A stretch of DNA of 32,000 nt from Halalkalibacterium halodurans (GTDB lineage: Bacteria; Bacillota; Bacilli; Bacillales; Bacillaceae_D), in assembly GCF_004376175.1 (NCBI RefSeq), contig NZ_SNUY01000008.1, positions 55,321-87,320 of the forward strand, read 5' to 3'. Below are positions 16,201 to 25,132 of the stretch, in pieces (the stretch's first letter is position 1; each line of letters starts with the position of its first letter). The notes under the pieces were generated by a model. It had not been told where the DNA came from and searched no databases. It saw only the letters and a list, made by a program, of their open reading frames with translations. Position numbers and translations under genes: made by a program.

Positions 16201-17294
16201 TCTAATTCCTTCTGCTTGGCAAAATATTCTTCTGCAATTTTATCGATTTCTTTTTTCAATTCCTCGACCATCGTTTCTTCGGGTACTTTTCGCACGATTT
16301 CTCCTTTGCGGAAAAGGAGTCCTTCTCCTCTGGCACCAGCAATTCCAATGTCAGCTTCGCGCGCTTCACCTGGACCGTTAACAGCACAGCCTAGCACGGC
16401 TACTTTGATTGGCGCACGAATTTTGGAAATATATTCTTCCATTTCATTGGCAATGCTTATTAAATCAATCTCAATCCGCCCGCATGTTGGACATGAAATT
16501 AATGTAGCTGCGTTGGAAGCAAGCCCAAAGGATTTTAACAGTTCTCGTGCCACTTTAACTTCTTCAACTGGATCAGCACTTAACGAAACGCGGACGGTGT
16601 TACCAATGCCCATGTTTAAGATGGCACCAAGTCCAGCCGCGCTTTTTACGGTACCTGCAAATAGCGTCCCTGATTCTGTGATTCCTAAGTGAAGCGGGTA
16701 ATCGAAAGCTTTTGCTGCTTTTTCATAAGCTTCAATGGCTAAATTCACGTCAGATGCTTTCATAGACACAATAATGTCATGAAAATCAAGATCTTCTAAA
16801 ATTTTGATATGGTGTAAGGCGCTTTCCACCATCCCGTCAGCCGTTGGGTACCCGTATTTGTCAAGGATTCGCTTTTCGAGCGAGCCAGCATTGACACCAA
16901 TACGAATTGGAATGCCCTTTTCTTTTGCTGCTTTGACGACCGCTTCTACTTTGTGACGCTTACCAATGTTTCCAGGATTAATCCGAATTTTATCGGCACC
17001 GCCTTCAATGGCTTTCAAGGCGAGCTTGTAGTCAAAATGAATATCGACAACAAGAGGAATTGAAATCTGTTTTTTAATCGCAGGAATAGCTTCTGCTGCA
17101 CGCATGTCGGGACATGCGACGCGAACGACTTGACACCCTGCTTCCTCTAACCGTTTAATTTCTGCTACGGTTGCTTCCACATCATGGGTTTTAGTCGTTG
17201 TCATACTTTGAACGACCACTTCGTTGTTTCCACCGATCGTCAAGTTCCCGACCTTTACGGGCCTGGTCTTGGTACGATGTGTAATCTCGGTCAT
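16191..17294 (-). CDS. ispG: 4-hydroxy-3-methylbut-2-enyl diphosphate synthase (GcpE/IspG)
   Basis: 367 aa with Fe-S cysteines in CPTCGR and [10 protein letters not shown] and a TIM-barrel N-terminal half. The start was moved to the ATG at 17294, 10 nt after SD AAAGGAG. Confidence 0.93.
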   Translation of the reverse strand: MTEITHRTKTRPVKVGNLTIGGNNEVVVQSMTTTKTHDVEATVAEIKRLEEAGCQVVRVACPDMRAAEAIPAIKKQISIPLVVDIHFDYKLALKAIEGGADKIRINPGNIGKRHKVEAVVKAAKEKGIPIRIGVNAGSLEKRILDKYGYPTADGMVESALHHIKILEDLDFHDIIVSMKASDVNLAIEAYEKAAKAFDYPLHLGITESGTLFAGTVKSAAGLGAILNMGIGNTVRVSLSADPVEEVKVARELLKSFGLASNAATLISCPTCGRIEIDLISIANEMEEYISKIRAPIKVAVLGCAVNGPGEAREADIGIAGARGEGLLFRKGEIVRKVPEETMVEELKKEIDKIAEEYFAKQKELEKA

Positions 17295-17394
17295 TGACCT
17301 ATCGCTCCTTTTTGTCACGCTTTACGTGAACTGTAGAGATACGATCCTATTTTATCAATCGTGCCTTAATTTTGGCAAGGACAAAGTTTGTCAC

Positions 17395-17721
17395 TTATTC
17401 TCCATAGATTGGAAAACGATAACTTTCGCCGATTTGGATATCCTCCGGAGCTAGTCCGTCGTTTAGTTGCGAGAAATCATAAACAATCTCTTGTATGGTG
17501 GCACGGATTGGCTCCGTGTGTAAATGTTCGACGATGGAAAGTACAGTATACCCTGGCTCAACAACAACGACTTCATAAGGAGCATCAGGTAACGTATTAT
17601 TTTCGGCAGCTTCTACAGTAGAGGGGCTGTTCACTAGTGGGGGTAAGGTGCCGATCGTTAGGTCATAATACATACTTGAAAAGATGATCAATAATAAAGT
17701 AAAAAACCCGAGTCGTTTCAT
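17395..17721 (-). CDS. YqfZ-like small protein with N-terminal signal/anchor and a LysM-like C-terminal fold
   Basis: The ATG at 17721 follows SD AAGGAGG. Begins MKRLGFFTLLLIIFSS... and contains the segment EPGYTVLSIVE...IQIGESYRFPIY. Its position upstream of ispG matches yqfZ (recalled). Confidence 0.5.
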   Translation of the reverse strand: MKRLGFFTLLLIIFSSMYYDLTIGTLPPLVNSPSTVEAAENNTLPDAPYEVVVVEPGYTVLSIVEHLHTEPIRATIQEIVYDFSQLNDGLAPEDIQIGESYRFPIYGE

Positions 17722-17924
17722 GAAGCTTGTCCTCCTTACAACGTAGGTTATTCTGTAGTATATGCTGGAAATCATTTCATATGTCATAAAATGTTCGACA
17801 ATTTTCTGTGCATGGACTCAACGTCAAGTGGTGGATGCAACTGCTTCTAAATTAGGCTTGTCAACAACACCATGTTTTTAAAATAGATTTCAGGTGACAT
17901 AACGGAAGGAGCATGTGCGTAATT

Positions 17925-19136
17925 ATGACTCGAGTGACCGATACGCTACTTTATGTTGTTTTAGGAATGGCGCCACTTCTCATGGTTCTTGGGAATTCAA
18001 TGTTTATCCCCATGCTACCAACGATTCAAGCGGAATGGGGATTATCGGTTGTCCAAGGCGGATGGTTGCTTACGTCCTTTACTGTTCCAGCAGCACTCCT
18101 AATCCCTATAAGTGGGATTCTCTCTGAGCGATATGGACAAAAGCGCATTGGTTTGGCCTCTCTTGTTATTTTAGGAACGGGATGCGTCCTTTCAAGCATC
18201 GCTGTAGTGATCGAGACGCGCCCGTTTTGGCTCCTTTTAACCGGAAGAATCATTCAAGGATTAGGAACTGGAGGATTAACACCCATTTCCTTAATGGTAG
18301 CTTCAGAATTATTTTCAGGAAAAAAACGAAATGAAGCGTTAGGCTTTCTTGAAGTAAGCAATGGCATCGGAAAAATCATCAGCCCAATCATTGGAGGTTT
18401 GATACTTTTGGCTTCGTGGTATTATTCATTTGTCGTATTATTTGCCCTTGCGTTACTAGCGTTTGTTGGTTTCTATACACTTGTGAATGAACCAAAAAAA
18501 CATGAAACGACATTATCGGCTCGCGCGTATACTAAAAAGCTATCCCAATCCCTTCAAGAAAACTGGAAAATGTTCGTGCCGATCTTTATCATTGGGAGCT
18601 TAGGAATGCTCATCCTTTTTGGCTACTTGTTTGCAGTCTCGAACATGATTGGAGAAGTTTCTCCATTCTGGAAAGGAGTCATTTTAGCCGTCCCGTTCCT
18701 TTTATTCGCGGTCGCTTCTTTTTGGACAAGTCGCTGGTTAACTCCGGAATTTGCTTCGTTCCAAAAGGCGATGATGGTCGGGACGACGCTGATGACAGGA
18801 GCAATGTTCCTCATGCTATGGCAACATGATCGAACCATTTTGTTTATGCTTGTGAGCTTATTTTCTCTTGGGCTTGGCATGTTTTTTCCTCCTGCCAGTG
18901 CAGCGGTTGCGGCATTAACGAATAATGTGAGTCGAAGTGTGATCATGCCTTTATATTCGATGGCCCGCTTTCTTGGTGTGGCGGTTGGACCAGTTATTTT
19001 CGGCTTTTGGCTTGAACGAAATATTTCCATTCATACCATGAGTTTTTTTATTATATCGTTAAGTTTTTTTATCATGTGTGTCCTTTGGTATAGTGGGTTT
19101 TTAAGAAAAACCAATCTCTCCCATGAATCGAGTTAG
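17925..19136 (+). CDS. MFS transporter (12 TM)
   Basis: About 12 hydrophobic segments and MFS motif A-like GILSERYGQKRIG. The start is ambiguous between 17913 and 17925. Confidence 0.75.
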   Translation: MTRVTDTLLYVVLGMAPLLMVLGNSMFIPMLPTIQAEWGLSVVQGGWLLTSFTVPAALLIPISGILSERYGQKRIGLASLVILGTGCVLSSIAVVIETRPFWLLLTGRIIQGLGTGGLTPISLMVASELFSGKKRNEALGFLEVSNGIGKIISPIIGGLILLASWYYSFVVLFALALLAFVGFYTLVNEPKKHETTLSARAYTKKLSQSLQENWKMFVPIFIIGSLGMLILFGYLFAVSNMIGEVSPFWKGVILAVPFLLFAVASFWTSRWLTPEFASFQKAMMVGTTLMTGAMFLMLWQHDRTILFMLVSLFSLGLGMFFPPASAAVAALTNNVSRSVIMPLYSMARFLGVAVGPVIFGFWLERNISIHTMSFFIISLSFFIMCVLWYSGFLRKTNLSHESS

Positions 19137-19251
19137 TTCAAAAGTCCCTTTTCTTTTTTTGTAAGTTCGTGTTTCCTTTTAATTAGTGTGGACATTATAT
19201 GAGATAGAGGGGTCACACTTTTGGTTTTAGAGATAAAAGGAGTCGATAAAT

Positions 19252-20145
19252 ATGAAAACATGGTTTAACAAATGTATGACTGTAATGTTAGCGATTTTGT
19301 TACTTGTACCATCACTTGCACCATCAGTCGCCTTGGCAGATGCTGTAACTGGCGAAGTGATTGTCACTTTAGGACAGGATCTGTCCCAAGAACAAAGACA
19401 GCAAATTTTAAATGAAATGGGCGTAGATGATACCGTTGAAATCATCTATGTTACGAATGCAGAAGAGCATCAATATTTAGGAGACTATATTAGCGCTTCA
19501 CAAATTGGAACAAGGGCGCTGTCTTCATCGAAAATTACATTAACGGAGCCAGGTACTGGGCTTCATGTGGAGTCAAATAATATCGATCGGATTGCAGATA
19601 CGATGTATGCTAATGCCCTTGTCACTGCAGGGGTTGAGGATGCAGACATTTATGTCACAGCACCGTTCCCGGTTTCTGGTACAGCTGCTCTAACGGGACT
19701 TCTTAAAGCATATGAAGTTGCAGCAGATGTCACAATTCCAGAAGAGCAAAAACAAGTGGCCAATGAAGAGATGGTTAAGACATCAGAACTAGCTGAGCGA
19801 GTAGGTGTCGAAGAGGCAACGGAGTTAATGAATCGAATTAAAGAAGAGATCGCAGCGAATCCAGTCGAAACAGAAGATGAACTTCGCGACTTGATCCGCC
19901 GACTTGCTGAAGAGCTAGGGATCACATTAACAGATGAAGAATTAAATGGACTTGTATCCTTGTTTATGCGGATGAAGGATTTAAATATTGATTGGAACAA
20001 AGTTCAAGATGGAATCCAGCATGTACGTGACAATTTAGACGACTTTTTAAATCGGGAAGAAACCCAGTCAATCATTCGTCGAATTCTAGATATGATTAGC
20101 GAGTTGATCGATGCCCTCATCGGATTGTTCACGAGCTCAGAATAA
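19252..20145 (+). CDS. Secreted protein, DUF1002/YpuA-like
   Basis: Signal peptide MKTWFNKCMTVMLAILLLVPSLAPSVALA followed by an acidic helical repeat-like C-terminal half. SD AAAGGAG. The family assignment comes from overall resemblance only. Confidence 0.45.
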   Translation: MKTWFNKCMTVMLAILLLVPSLAPSVALADAVTGEVIVTLGQDLSQEQRQQILNEMGVDDTVEIIYVTNAEEHQYLGDYISASQIGTRALSSSKITLTEPGTGLHVESNNIDRIADTMYANALVTAGVEDADIYVTAPFPVSGTAALTGLLKAYEVAADVTIPEEQKQVANEEMVKTSELAERVGVEEATELMNRIKEEIAANPVETEDELRDLIRRLAEELGITLTDEELNGLVSLFMRMKDLNIDWNKVQDGIQHVRDNLDDFLNREETQSIIRRILDMISELIDALIGLFTSSE

Positions 20146-20170
20146 AAAAGCGGAGATTTCCGCTTTTTTA
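20144..20170 (+). terminator. Rho-independent terminator
   Basis: AAAAAAGCGGA-gatt-TCCGCTTTTTT. Confidence 0.8.
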
Positions 20171-20310
20171 TTTGCACAATACGTGAGGAAGGGATACATT
20201 TGAAGAAGAATACCGCCTAGAAGGTGAATCCTTCTTTCGGTCCATCCTCTATAAAAACTGAAACATTTTTTGCCCTCAAACGTAAATCATGGTGGAAGGA
20301 GGTCGAGGAT

Positions 20311-20961
20311 ATGGAATGGCTTGATATCGCAAGTGTAGGTTTTGTTGTTGTCTTATTAGGCACATTATTCTTATTTGGCGAGCTTCTCGTTCGTGCTAAA
20401 GGTTTATTTGGACTTCTTGGTGTTGCAATTATGAGCTTTTACTTTTCCCATCACCTAACAGGGGATGCAGGGTTTTGGGTTGTGATCCTATACTTAGTAG
20501 GTCTTGCGTTGATCATGGTTGATGGTAAGGTGATTTCAGATGGCACGATTGCCCTGCTAGGCATTGCATTAATGATCGTCGGACTTGCGATCCCCTCACC
20601 TAGCGTTATTTACGGTATCCTTGTCGGGATGGGATTTTTAGTTGGGGGCTTTAGCTCAGCGTTATTTTTAAAGGTTTTTCCTTCACGAAACATGTGGTCA
20701 AAAATGACGCTCCGGGATCGACTAACAGGAGATCAGGGCTATAATTCGATGAATGAAGAATATAAGTCACTCATTGGGAAGCGAGGGAAGACGATAACGC
20801 CTTTTCGCCCGACTGGCTCGGTTGAAATTGAAGGGAAGCCATACAGTGGGACGAGCGGCAGTCATTGGCTTCAAGAAAATGAACAGGTTGAAGTGGTTTC
20901 TGTTAGCGGAACGTATATTTTAGTAAAGAAAATCGAAGAACAAGATATTGAAGATAAATAA
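20311..20961 (+). CDS. NfeD-family membrane protein (TM bundle plus C-terminal OB-fold)
   Basis: The ATG at 20311 lies 8 nt after SD GGAAGGAGG. Four or five TM helices are followed by GKRGKTITPFRPTGSVEIEGKPYSGTS...VEVVSVSGTYILVKK, typical of an NfeD C-terminus. Confidence 0.65.
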   Translation: MEWLDIASVGFVVVLLGTLFLFGELLVRAKGLFGLLGVAIMSFYFSHHLTGDAGFWVVILYLVGLALIMVDGKVISDGTIALLGIALMIVGLAIPSPSVIYGILVGMGFLVGGFSSALFLKVFPSRNMWSKMTLRDRLTGDQGYNSMNEEYKSLIGKRGKTITPFRPTGSVEIEGKPYSGTSGSHWLQENEQVEVVSVSGTYILVKKIEEQDIEDK

Positions 20962-20974
20962 ACAGGGGACGGAG

Positions 20975-21754
20975 TTATCCGCCGCCCTTTTTTTTAGGTT
21001 TTGGCAATGTGTAAAGGCTAAATACATAAAGGCCAATAGTAATCATGATCAGCAGGAGGATAGGAACTGAGTGTAATAAGGAATCGATGATTGAAAAGGC
21101 AACGGCTGGCATTGTCATAGCTATCGCTGCCATAGACCAGAGAGCTTTATAGGTTAACCGAGCCTCTTTTGGTCGAAGCAGGAGCCCTATGGTAGCAAGC
21201 AAGCTAATACCAATATAGGCAAAGTCGGCAAACCCTACATACATAACCAAAATCGAAAGGGAAACAAAGATGAAGAAGACGCCTTGAAATTGTTCAATCG
21301 ATTGCTGCAATTCGGTAGGGGAAAGAGAATGTATCCCCGAAAACTGATATTGGACCGCTTGCATGTGACCATTGTCCAAGAAAATCATTTCGGTTTTAAG
21401 GAGTGCCACCCCATTTTGGTAAGCGCTCAAATCTTTTTCCGTAACCGTACCTGTATCGTCAAGGATGAAGACCCCATCGATAAGTGCGTCTGTTATATAA
21501 GGGCGTTCATGGTGCTCCTCTAACTGTAAATGTCCATCAACAATTTGAAACGAGGGAATGTCTTCATGTAAGATCGATTGCAGTTGAGTTACGCCATGTT
21601 GCAACGACGAGACGAGCATTATACTTGGGGGAATGATAATGAGCAGTGTCACGAGTAAAATGTGAACGATTGCTTTTGTAATTGGAACAAACCGAGCGTA
21701 TTTTATCGTTTGTATGAGATATAAGCTTTTAAATAATAGTTGAAATTGGTTCAT
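20975..21754 (-). CDS. Polytopic membrane protein, possibly DUF1189 family
   Basis: The ATG at 21754 follows SD GGAAAGGATGG. One N-terminal TM, a soluble loop of about 100 aa, then 4-5 C-terminal TM helices. The family call is tentative. Confidence 0.4.
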   Translation of the reverse strand: MNQFQLLFKSLYLIQTIKYARFVPITKAIVHILLVTLLIIIPPSIMLVSSLQHGVTQLQSILHEDIPSFQIVDGHLQLEEHHERPYITDALIDGVFILDDTGTVTEKDLSAYQNGVALLKTEMIFLDNGHMQAVQYQFSGIHSLSPTELQQSIEQFQGVFFIFVSLSILVMYVGFADFAYIGISLLATIGLLLRPKEARLTYKALWSMAAIAMTMPAVAFSIIDSLLHSVPILLLIMITIGLYVFSLYTLPKPKKKGGG

Positions 21755-21840
21755 GTTTGTCCATCCTTTCCCTTCCAAGTGTACGAAAATGCCTTTGTAC
21801 ATTCAAGCAAAAATAAGAGGAGAAGAAAAATGTAAACGCT

Positions 21841-21878
21841 TTTAAAAATCTTAACAAAACCTTTACAAAAGATTAATA
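21841..21878 (+). promoter_or_regulatory. Four phased Pho-box-like hexamers (candidate PhoP binding array)
   Basis: TTTAAA(21841)-4-TTAACA(21851)-5-TTTACA(21862)-5-TTAATA(21873). This compares with the recalled B. subtilis PhoP consensus of TT(A/T/C)ACA direct repeats spaced 5 +/- 2 nt. The array lies about 100 nt upstream of the Na/Pi transporter start. Confidence 0.5.
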
Positions 21879-21974
21879 AAGGCTAAATAATTCCCCCGTA
21901 TGCTTGTAGAGGTTTGTCGAATAGGGGATCGGCAAATGGAACATACTAGTTTCTATTTGAAGGGATGAGAGACT

Positions 21975-23606
21975 GTGGATGCAGAGTTGCAAACATTGCT
22001 ATTTATGTTTTTTGGCGGTCTAGGTATTTTCCTATTTGGGATTAAGTACATGGGGGATGGACTGCAAAAAGTAGCAGGAGAGCGCTTGCGTGATTTGTTA
22101 GATAAATTTACAACAAATCCGTTAATGGGTGTATTAGCAGGTATCGTTGTTACCGTCTTGCTACAAACGAGTACGGGTACAACTGTTTTGACGATTGGTC
22201 TCGTCAACGCTGGTTTTATGACGCTTAAACAGGCTATCGGTGTTATAATGGGTGCGAACATTGGTACAACCGTTACTGCATTCATTATTGGGATTAAAAT
22301 CTCTGAATATGCTTTGCCGATCATTGCAGTGGGAGCAGCTTTAATCTTTTTTATTAAAAATAAAAAAGTGAACAATATTGGACAAGTTATCTTTGGTTTT
22401 GGGACGCTTTTCTATGGTTTGAATACAATGGGAGAAGGACTAAAGCCCCTGCGTGAGCTGCAAGCTTTTGCTGATTTAACGGTAAGCATGAGTGAAAACC
22501 CACTTTTAGGAGTACTAATCGGAACGATTTTCACCGCAGCGGTACAAAGCTCCAGTGCATCAATCGGGCTCCTGCAACAGCTTTACGATCAAGGGGCAAT
22601 GGACTTATTTGCAGCTTTACCGGTCTTATTTGGTGATAACATTGGAACAACGATTACCGCAGTGCTTGCGGCCATTGGTGCATCGGTAGCGGCGAAACGT
22701 GCAGCATTAACTCATGTGATTTTTAACTTAATTGGAACGATCATTGTTTTAATTATCATTATTCCGTTTACACACTTTATTGCTTATTTAGCAGAGGTAT
22801 TTGCTTTGAATCGTCCAATGACGATTGCATTTGCCCACGGAATTTTTAATGTATCGAATACACTCATCCAACTTCCATTTATCGGGATCTTGGCGATCAT
22901 TGTAACTAAGCTCGTCCCTGGAGACGATTTCTACATTGAATATAAGGCGAAGCATTTAGATCCGCGTTTTGTCGGTAGCTCACCAGCGATTGCCCTTGGA
23001 CAGGCGAAACAGGAAGTATTGCGGATGGCTGAGTTTTCTGAAAAAGGGCTACTCGAAGTAAGTAAATACATGGAAAATGGTCAAAAGAAACATGCGGAAA
23101 TGGCGGTTCAATTTGAAGATGCCATCAACAATCTCGATCGGAAAATTACCGAATATTTAATTTCGATCTCCTCTCGCTCCTTGTCGGCTCAGGATTCAAA
23201 AATGCACGGAATGCTGATGGATACCGTACGTGATATTGAACGAATCGGAGATCATATTGAAAACATTGTGGAGTTAAAGGATTATCAGAAAGCGAACAAA
23301 GTAAAAATTTCAGAAAAAGCACTCCATGACCTTCAGGAAATGTTTGATCTTACACATTCAACATTGACAGAAGCGATCATGTCCTTAGAGACAGGGGATC
23401 TTGAGGCTGCTCGTTCTGTTATCGAAAAAGAAGAGCATATCGATCAAATGGAACGTAAATTACGCAAGCAGCATATCATTCGTGTGAATGAAGGGAATTG
23501 TACAGGTGCTGCTGGTATCGTTTTTGTCGACATTGTAAGTAACCTTGAACGGATTGGCGACCATTCTGTCAACATTGCTGAAGCGGTCATCGGAGAAAAT
23601 CGTTAG
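21975..23606 (+). CDS. Na+/phosphate cotransporter family protein with two C-terminal PhoU-like repeats
   Basis: 543 aa with a GTG start after SD GAAGGGATGAGAG. The N-terminal half has about 8 TM and duplicated Na_Pi_cotrans-type repeats. The C-terminal half has two D-x-x-ERIGDH motifs (VRDIERIGDHIENI, VSNLERIGDHSVNI). Confidence 0.85.
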   Translation: MDAELQTLLFMFFGGLGIFLFGIKYMGDGLQKVAGERLRDLLDKFTTNPLMGVLAGIVVTVLLQTSTGTTVLTIGLVNAGFMTLKQAIGVIMGANIGTTVTAFIIGIKISEYALPIIAVGAALIFFIKNKKVNNIGQVIFGFGTLFYGLNTMGEGLKPLRELQAFADLTVSMSENPLLGVLIGTIFTAAVQSSSASIGLLQQLYDQGAMDLFAALPVLFGDNIGTTITAVLAAIGASVAAKRAALTHVIFNLIGTIIVLIIIIPFTHFIAYLAEVFALNRPMTIAFAHGIFNVSNTLIQLPFIGILAIIVTKLVPGDDFYIEYKAKHLDPRFVGSSPAIALGQAKQEVLRMAEFSEKGLLEVSKYMENGQKKHAEMAVQFEDAINNLDRKITEYLISISSRSLSAQDSKMHGMLMDTVRDIERIGDHIENIVELKDYQKANKVKISEKALHDLQEMFDLTHSTLTEAIMSLETGDLEAARSVIEKEEHIDQMERKLRKQHIIRVNEGNCTGAAGIVFVDIVSNLERIGDHSVNIAEAVIGENR

Positions 23607-23640
23607 AAGAAAAGCAGAGACGCCTCTGCTTTTCTTTTCA
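23607..23640 (+). terminator. Rho-independent terminator
   Basis: 13-bp stem AAGAAAAGCAGAG / CTCTGCTTTTCTT with loop ACGC, followed by TT. Confidence 0.85.
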
Positions 23641-23669
23641 ATATCAACAAAAATCTACAGGAAAAAGCA

Positions 23670-23698
23670 TTGACTAGATGGACAAACAGTGGTAATAT
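23670..23698 (+). promoter_or_regulatory. Candidate sigma-A promoter of the tRNA cluster
   Basis: TTGACT (23670-23675), 17-nt spacer, TAATAT (23693-23698). The first tRNA starts 19 nt downstream. Confidence 0.65.
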
Positions 23699-23716
23699 TA
23701 TTCTTGTCTTTCTTGT

Positions 23717-23791
23717 TCCACAGTAGCTCAGTGGTAGAGCAATCGGCTGTTAACCGATCGGTCGTAGGTTCGAGTCCTACCTGTGGAGCCA
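23717..23791 (+). tRNA. tRNA-Asn (GTT)
   Basis: Cloverleaf folded by hand: acceptor TCCACAG/CTGTGGA, anticodon stem ATCGG/CCGAT, loop CTGTTAA, T-arm GTAGG-TTCGAGT-CCTAC. CCA is encoded. Confidence 0.93.
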
Positions 23792-23797
23792 TGATAT

Positions 23798-23871
23798 GGC
23801 GGTGTAGCTCAGCTGGCTAGAGCGTACGGTTCATACCCGTGAGGTCGGGGGTTCGATTCCCTCCGCCGCTA
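23798..23871 (+). tRNA. tRNA-Met (CAT), elongator type
   Basis: Acceptor GGCGGTG/CGCCGCT, anticodon loop TTCATAC. Near-identical to B. subtilis elongator tRNA-Met as recalled. The 3' CCA is not encoded. Confidence 0.85.
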
Positions 23872-23920
23872 TTCCTTTTTTACCGCATGAATGTGTGCTA
23901 GAAAGATTAAGATGATAGTT

Positions 23921-23997
23921 GGACCCTTAGCTCAGTTGGTCAGAGCAGTCGGCTCATAACCGATCGGTCGTAGGTTCGAGTCCTACAGGGTCCACCA
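23921..23997 (+). tRNA. tRNA-Ile2 (CAT anticodon, lysidine-type)
   Basis: Acceptor GGACCCT/AGGGTCC, anticodon loop CTCATAA. The GGACC... body resembles Bacillus tRNA-Ile(CAU) rather than Met. CCA is encoded. Confidence 0.7.
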
Positions 23998-24011
23998 TGA
24001 GTATTTATGTT

Positions 24012-24104
24012 GGAGGAGTACCCAAGTCTGGCTGAAGGGATCGGTCTTGAAAACCGACAGGCGGGTTAAACCGCGCGGGGGTTCGAATCCCTCCTCCTCC
24101 GCCA
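24012..24104 (+). tRNA. tRNA-Ser (TGA)
   Basis: Acceptor GGAGGAG/CTCCTCC, anticodon stem TCGGT/ACCGA, loop CTTGAAA, long variable arm (GGCGGGTTAAACCGCGC). CCA is encoded. Confidence 0.92.
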
Positions 24105-24119
24105 TACATACAGATGTTC

Positions 24120-24150
24120 AAACTATAGCATGGATGCTGTAGTTTTTTTG
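24120..24150 (+). terminator. Rho-independent terminator after the tRNA cluster
   Basis: Stem AAACTATAGC / GCTGTAGTTT with one G-U pair, running into T7. Confidence 0.7.
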
Positions 24151-24440
24151 TGTTCTAAAATGTTGCTTTCACGATCGGCCTTGGCAACAAACCAAACTAC
24201 TTTAACTAGCGATGTCAGGGTAGGGGAGCCGAGCACGATGACTTCTGTGAGCCTTCTACAGTCAGCATGAGCACATGAAATAAGCTCGCCGCGATTCCTT
24301 AATAGCTGTAGCCTCGGTCAATTGGTTGCTAACGGCTTTTATTTTTTTTTTTAATCGATATGTCGTCTCTGTTAAAAGAAACCCTCTAGGTATAAGGTGA
24401 ATACACTGGCTAAAACGACTTACAAAAAGGGGCGACGAGG

Positions 24441-24911
24441 ATGATCATTCGGGAAGCAACCGTTCAAGATTATGAAGAGGTGGCAAGGCTACACACCCAA
24501 GTGCACGAAGCGCATGTGAAGGAGAGGGGAGATATTTTTCGTTCCAACGAGCCAACGCTAAATCCGAGTTTTTTTCAAGCAGCTGTCCAAGGCGAAAAAT
24601 CAACCGTGTTAGTGTTCGTTGATGAGCGAGAAAAAATTGGAGCGTACAGTGTGATTCATCTCGTACAAACACCTCTCCTTCCAACGATGCAGCAGAGGAA
24701 AACGGTGTATATTTCAGATCTATGTGTAGATGAGACAAGACGGGGCGGTGGAATTGGTCGACTTATTTTTGAAGCGATTATTTCCTATGGGAAAGCCCAT
24801 CAGGTGGATGCGATTGAATTGGATGTGTATGACTTTAACGATCGGGCTAAAGCTTTTTACCACAGCTTGGGCATGCGATGTCAAAAACAGACGATGGAGC
24901 TTCCTCTTTAA
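24441..24911 (+). CDS. GNAT-family N-acetyltransferase
   Basis: 156 aa with acetyl-CoA-binding motif RRGGGIGRLIFE and a typical GNAT beta-alpha layout. SD AAAGGGG. Confidence 0.8.
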   Translation: MIIREATVQDYEEVARLHTQVHEAHVKERGDIFRSNEPTLNPSFFQAAVQGEKSTVLVFVDEREKIGAYSVIHLVQTPLLPTMQQRKTVYISDLCVDETRRGGGIGRLIFEAIISYGKAHQVDAIELDVYDFNDRAKAFYHSLGMRCQKQTMELPL

Positions 24912-25132
24912 GAAAATGGTTTAAGCTATGGTTAAACAGGGTATCGTATAAAAGCATATGGGGAAAGCAAGCCATGAGCGTTTTCGTTGAAAGCTTGTTC
25001 GAAATTTGCTATTGTATTGATGGGGCAACTTAATAAACATTTCTATTGACTAACTTGTTTTACTATTTTGGAGGGATTTCCCTCCAAATTCATTCTTTAT
25101 TATTTCACGTTTATCAAGGAGGAGATCGTATT

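Noticed and set aside
16168-16692. 174-aa plus-strand ORF
   Set aside because: It lies entirely antisense within ispG, which has unmistakable GcpE motifs. Its composition is Ser/Pro/Ala-rich as expected for a mirror frame, and it has no SD.
21953-22375. 140-aa minus-strand ORF
   Set aside because: It is antisense to the well-supported Na/Pi cotransporter CDS. It is a mirror-frame artefact of a hydrophobic gene.
23752-23986. 29-nt exact direct repeat AACCGATCGGTCGTAGGTTCGAGTCCTAC (23752-23780 and 23958-23986)
   Set aside because: It is the shared anticodon-stem 3' half, variable loop and T-arm of tRNA-Asn and tRNA-Ile2. It is not a mobile-element or att repeat.
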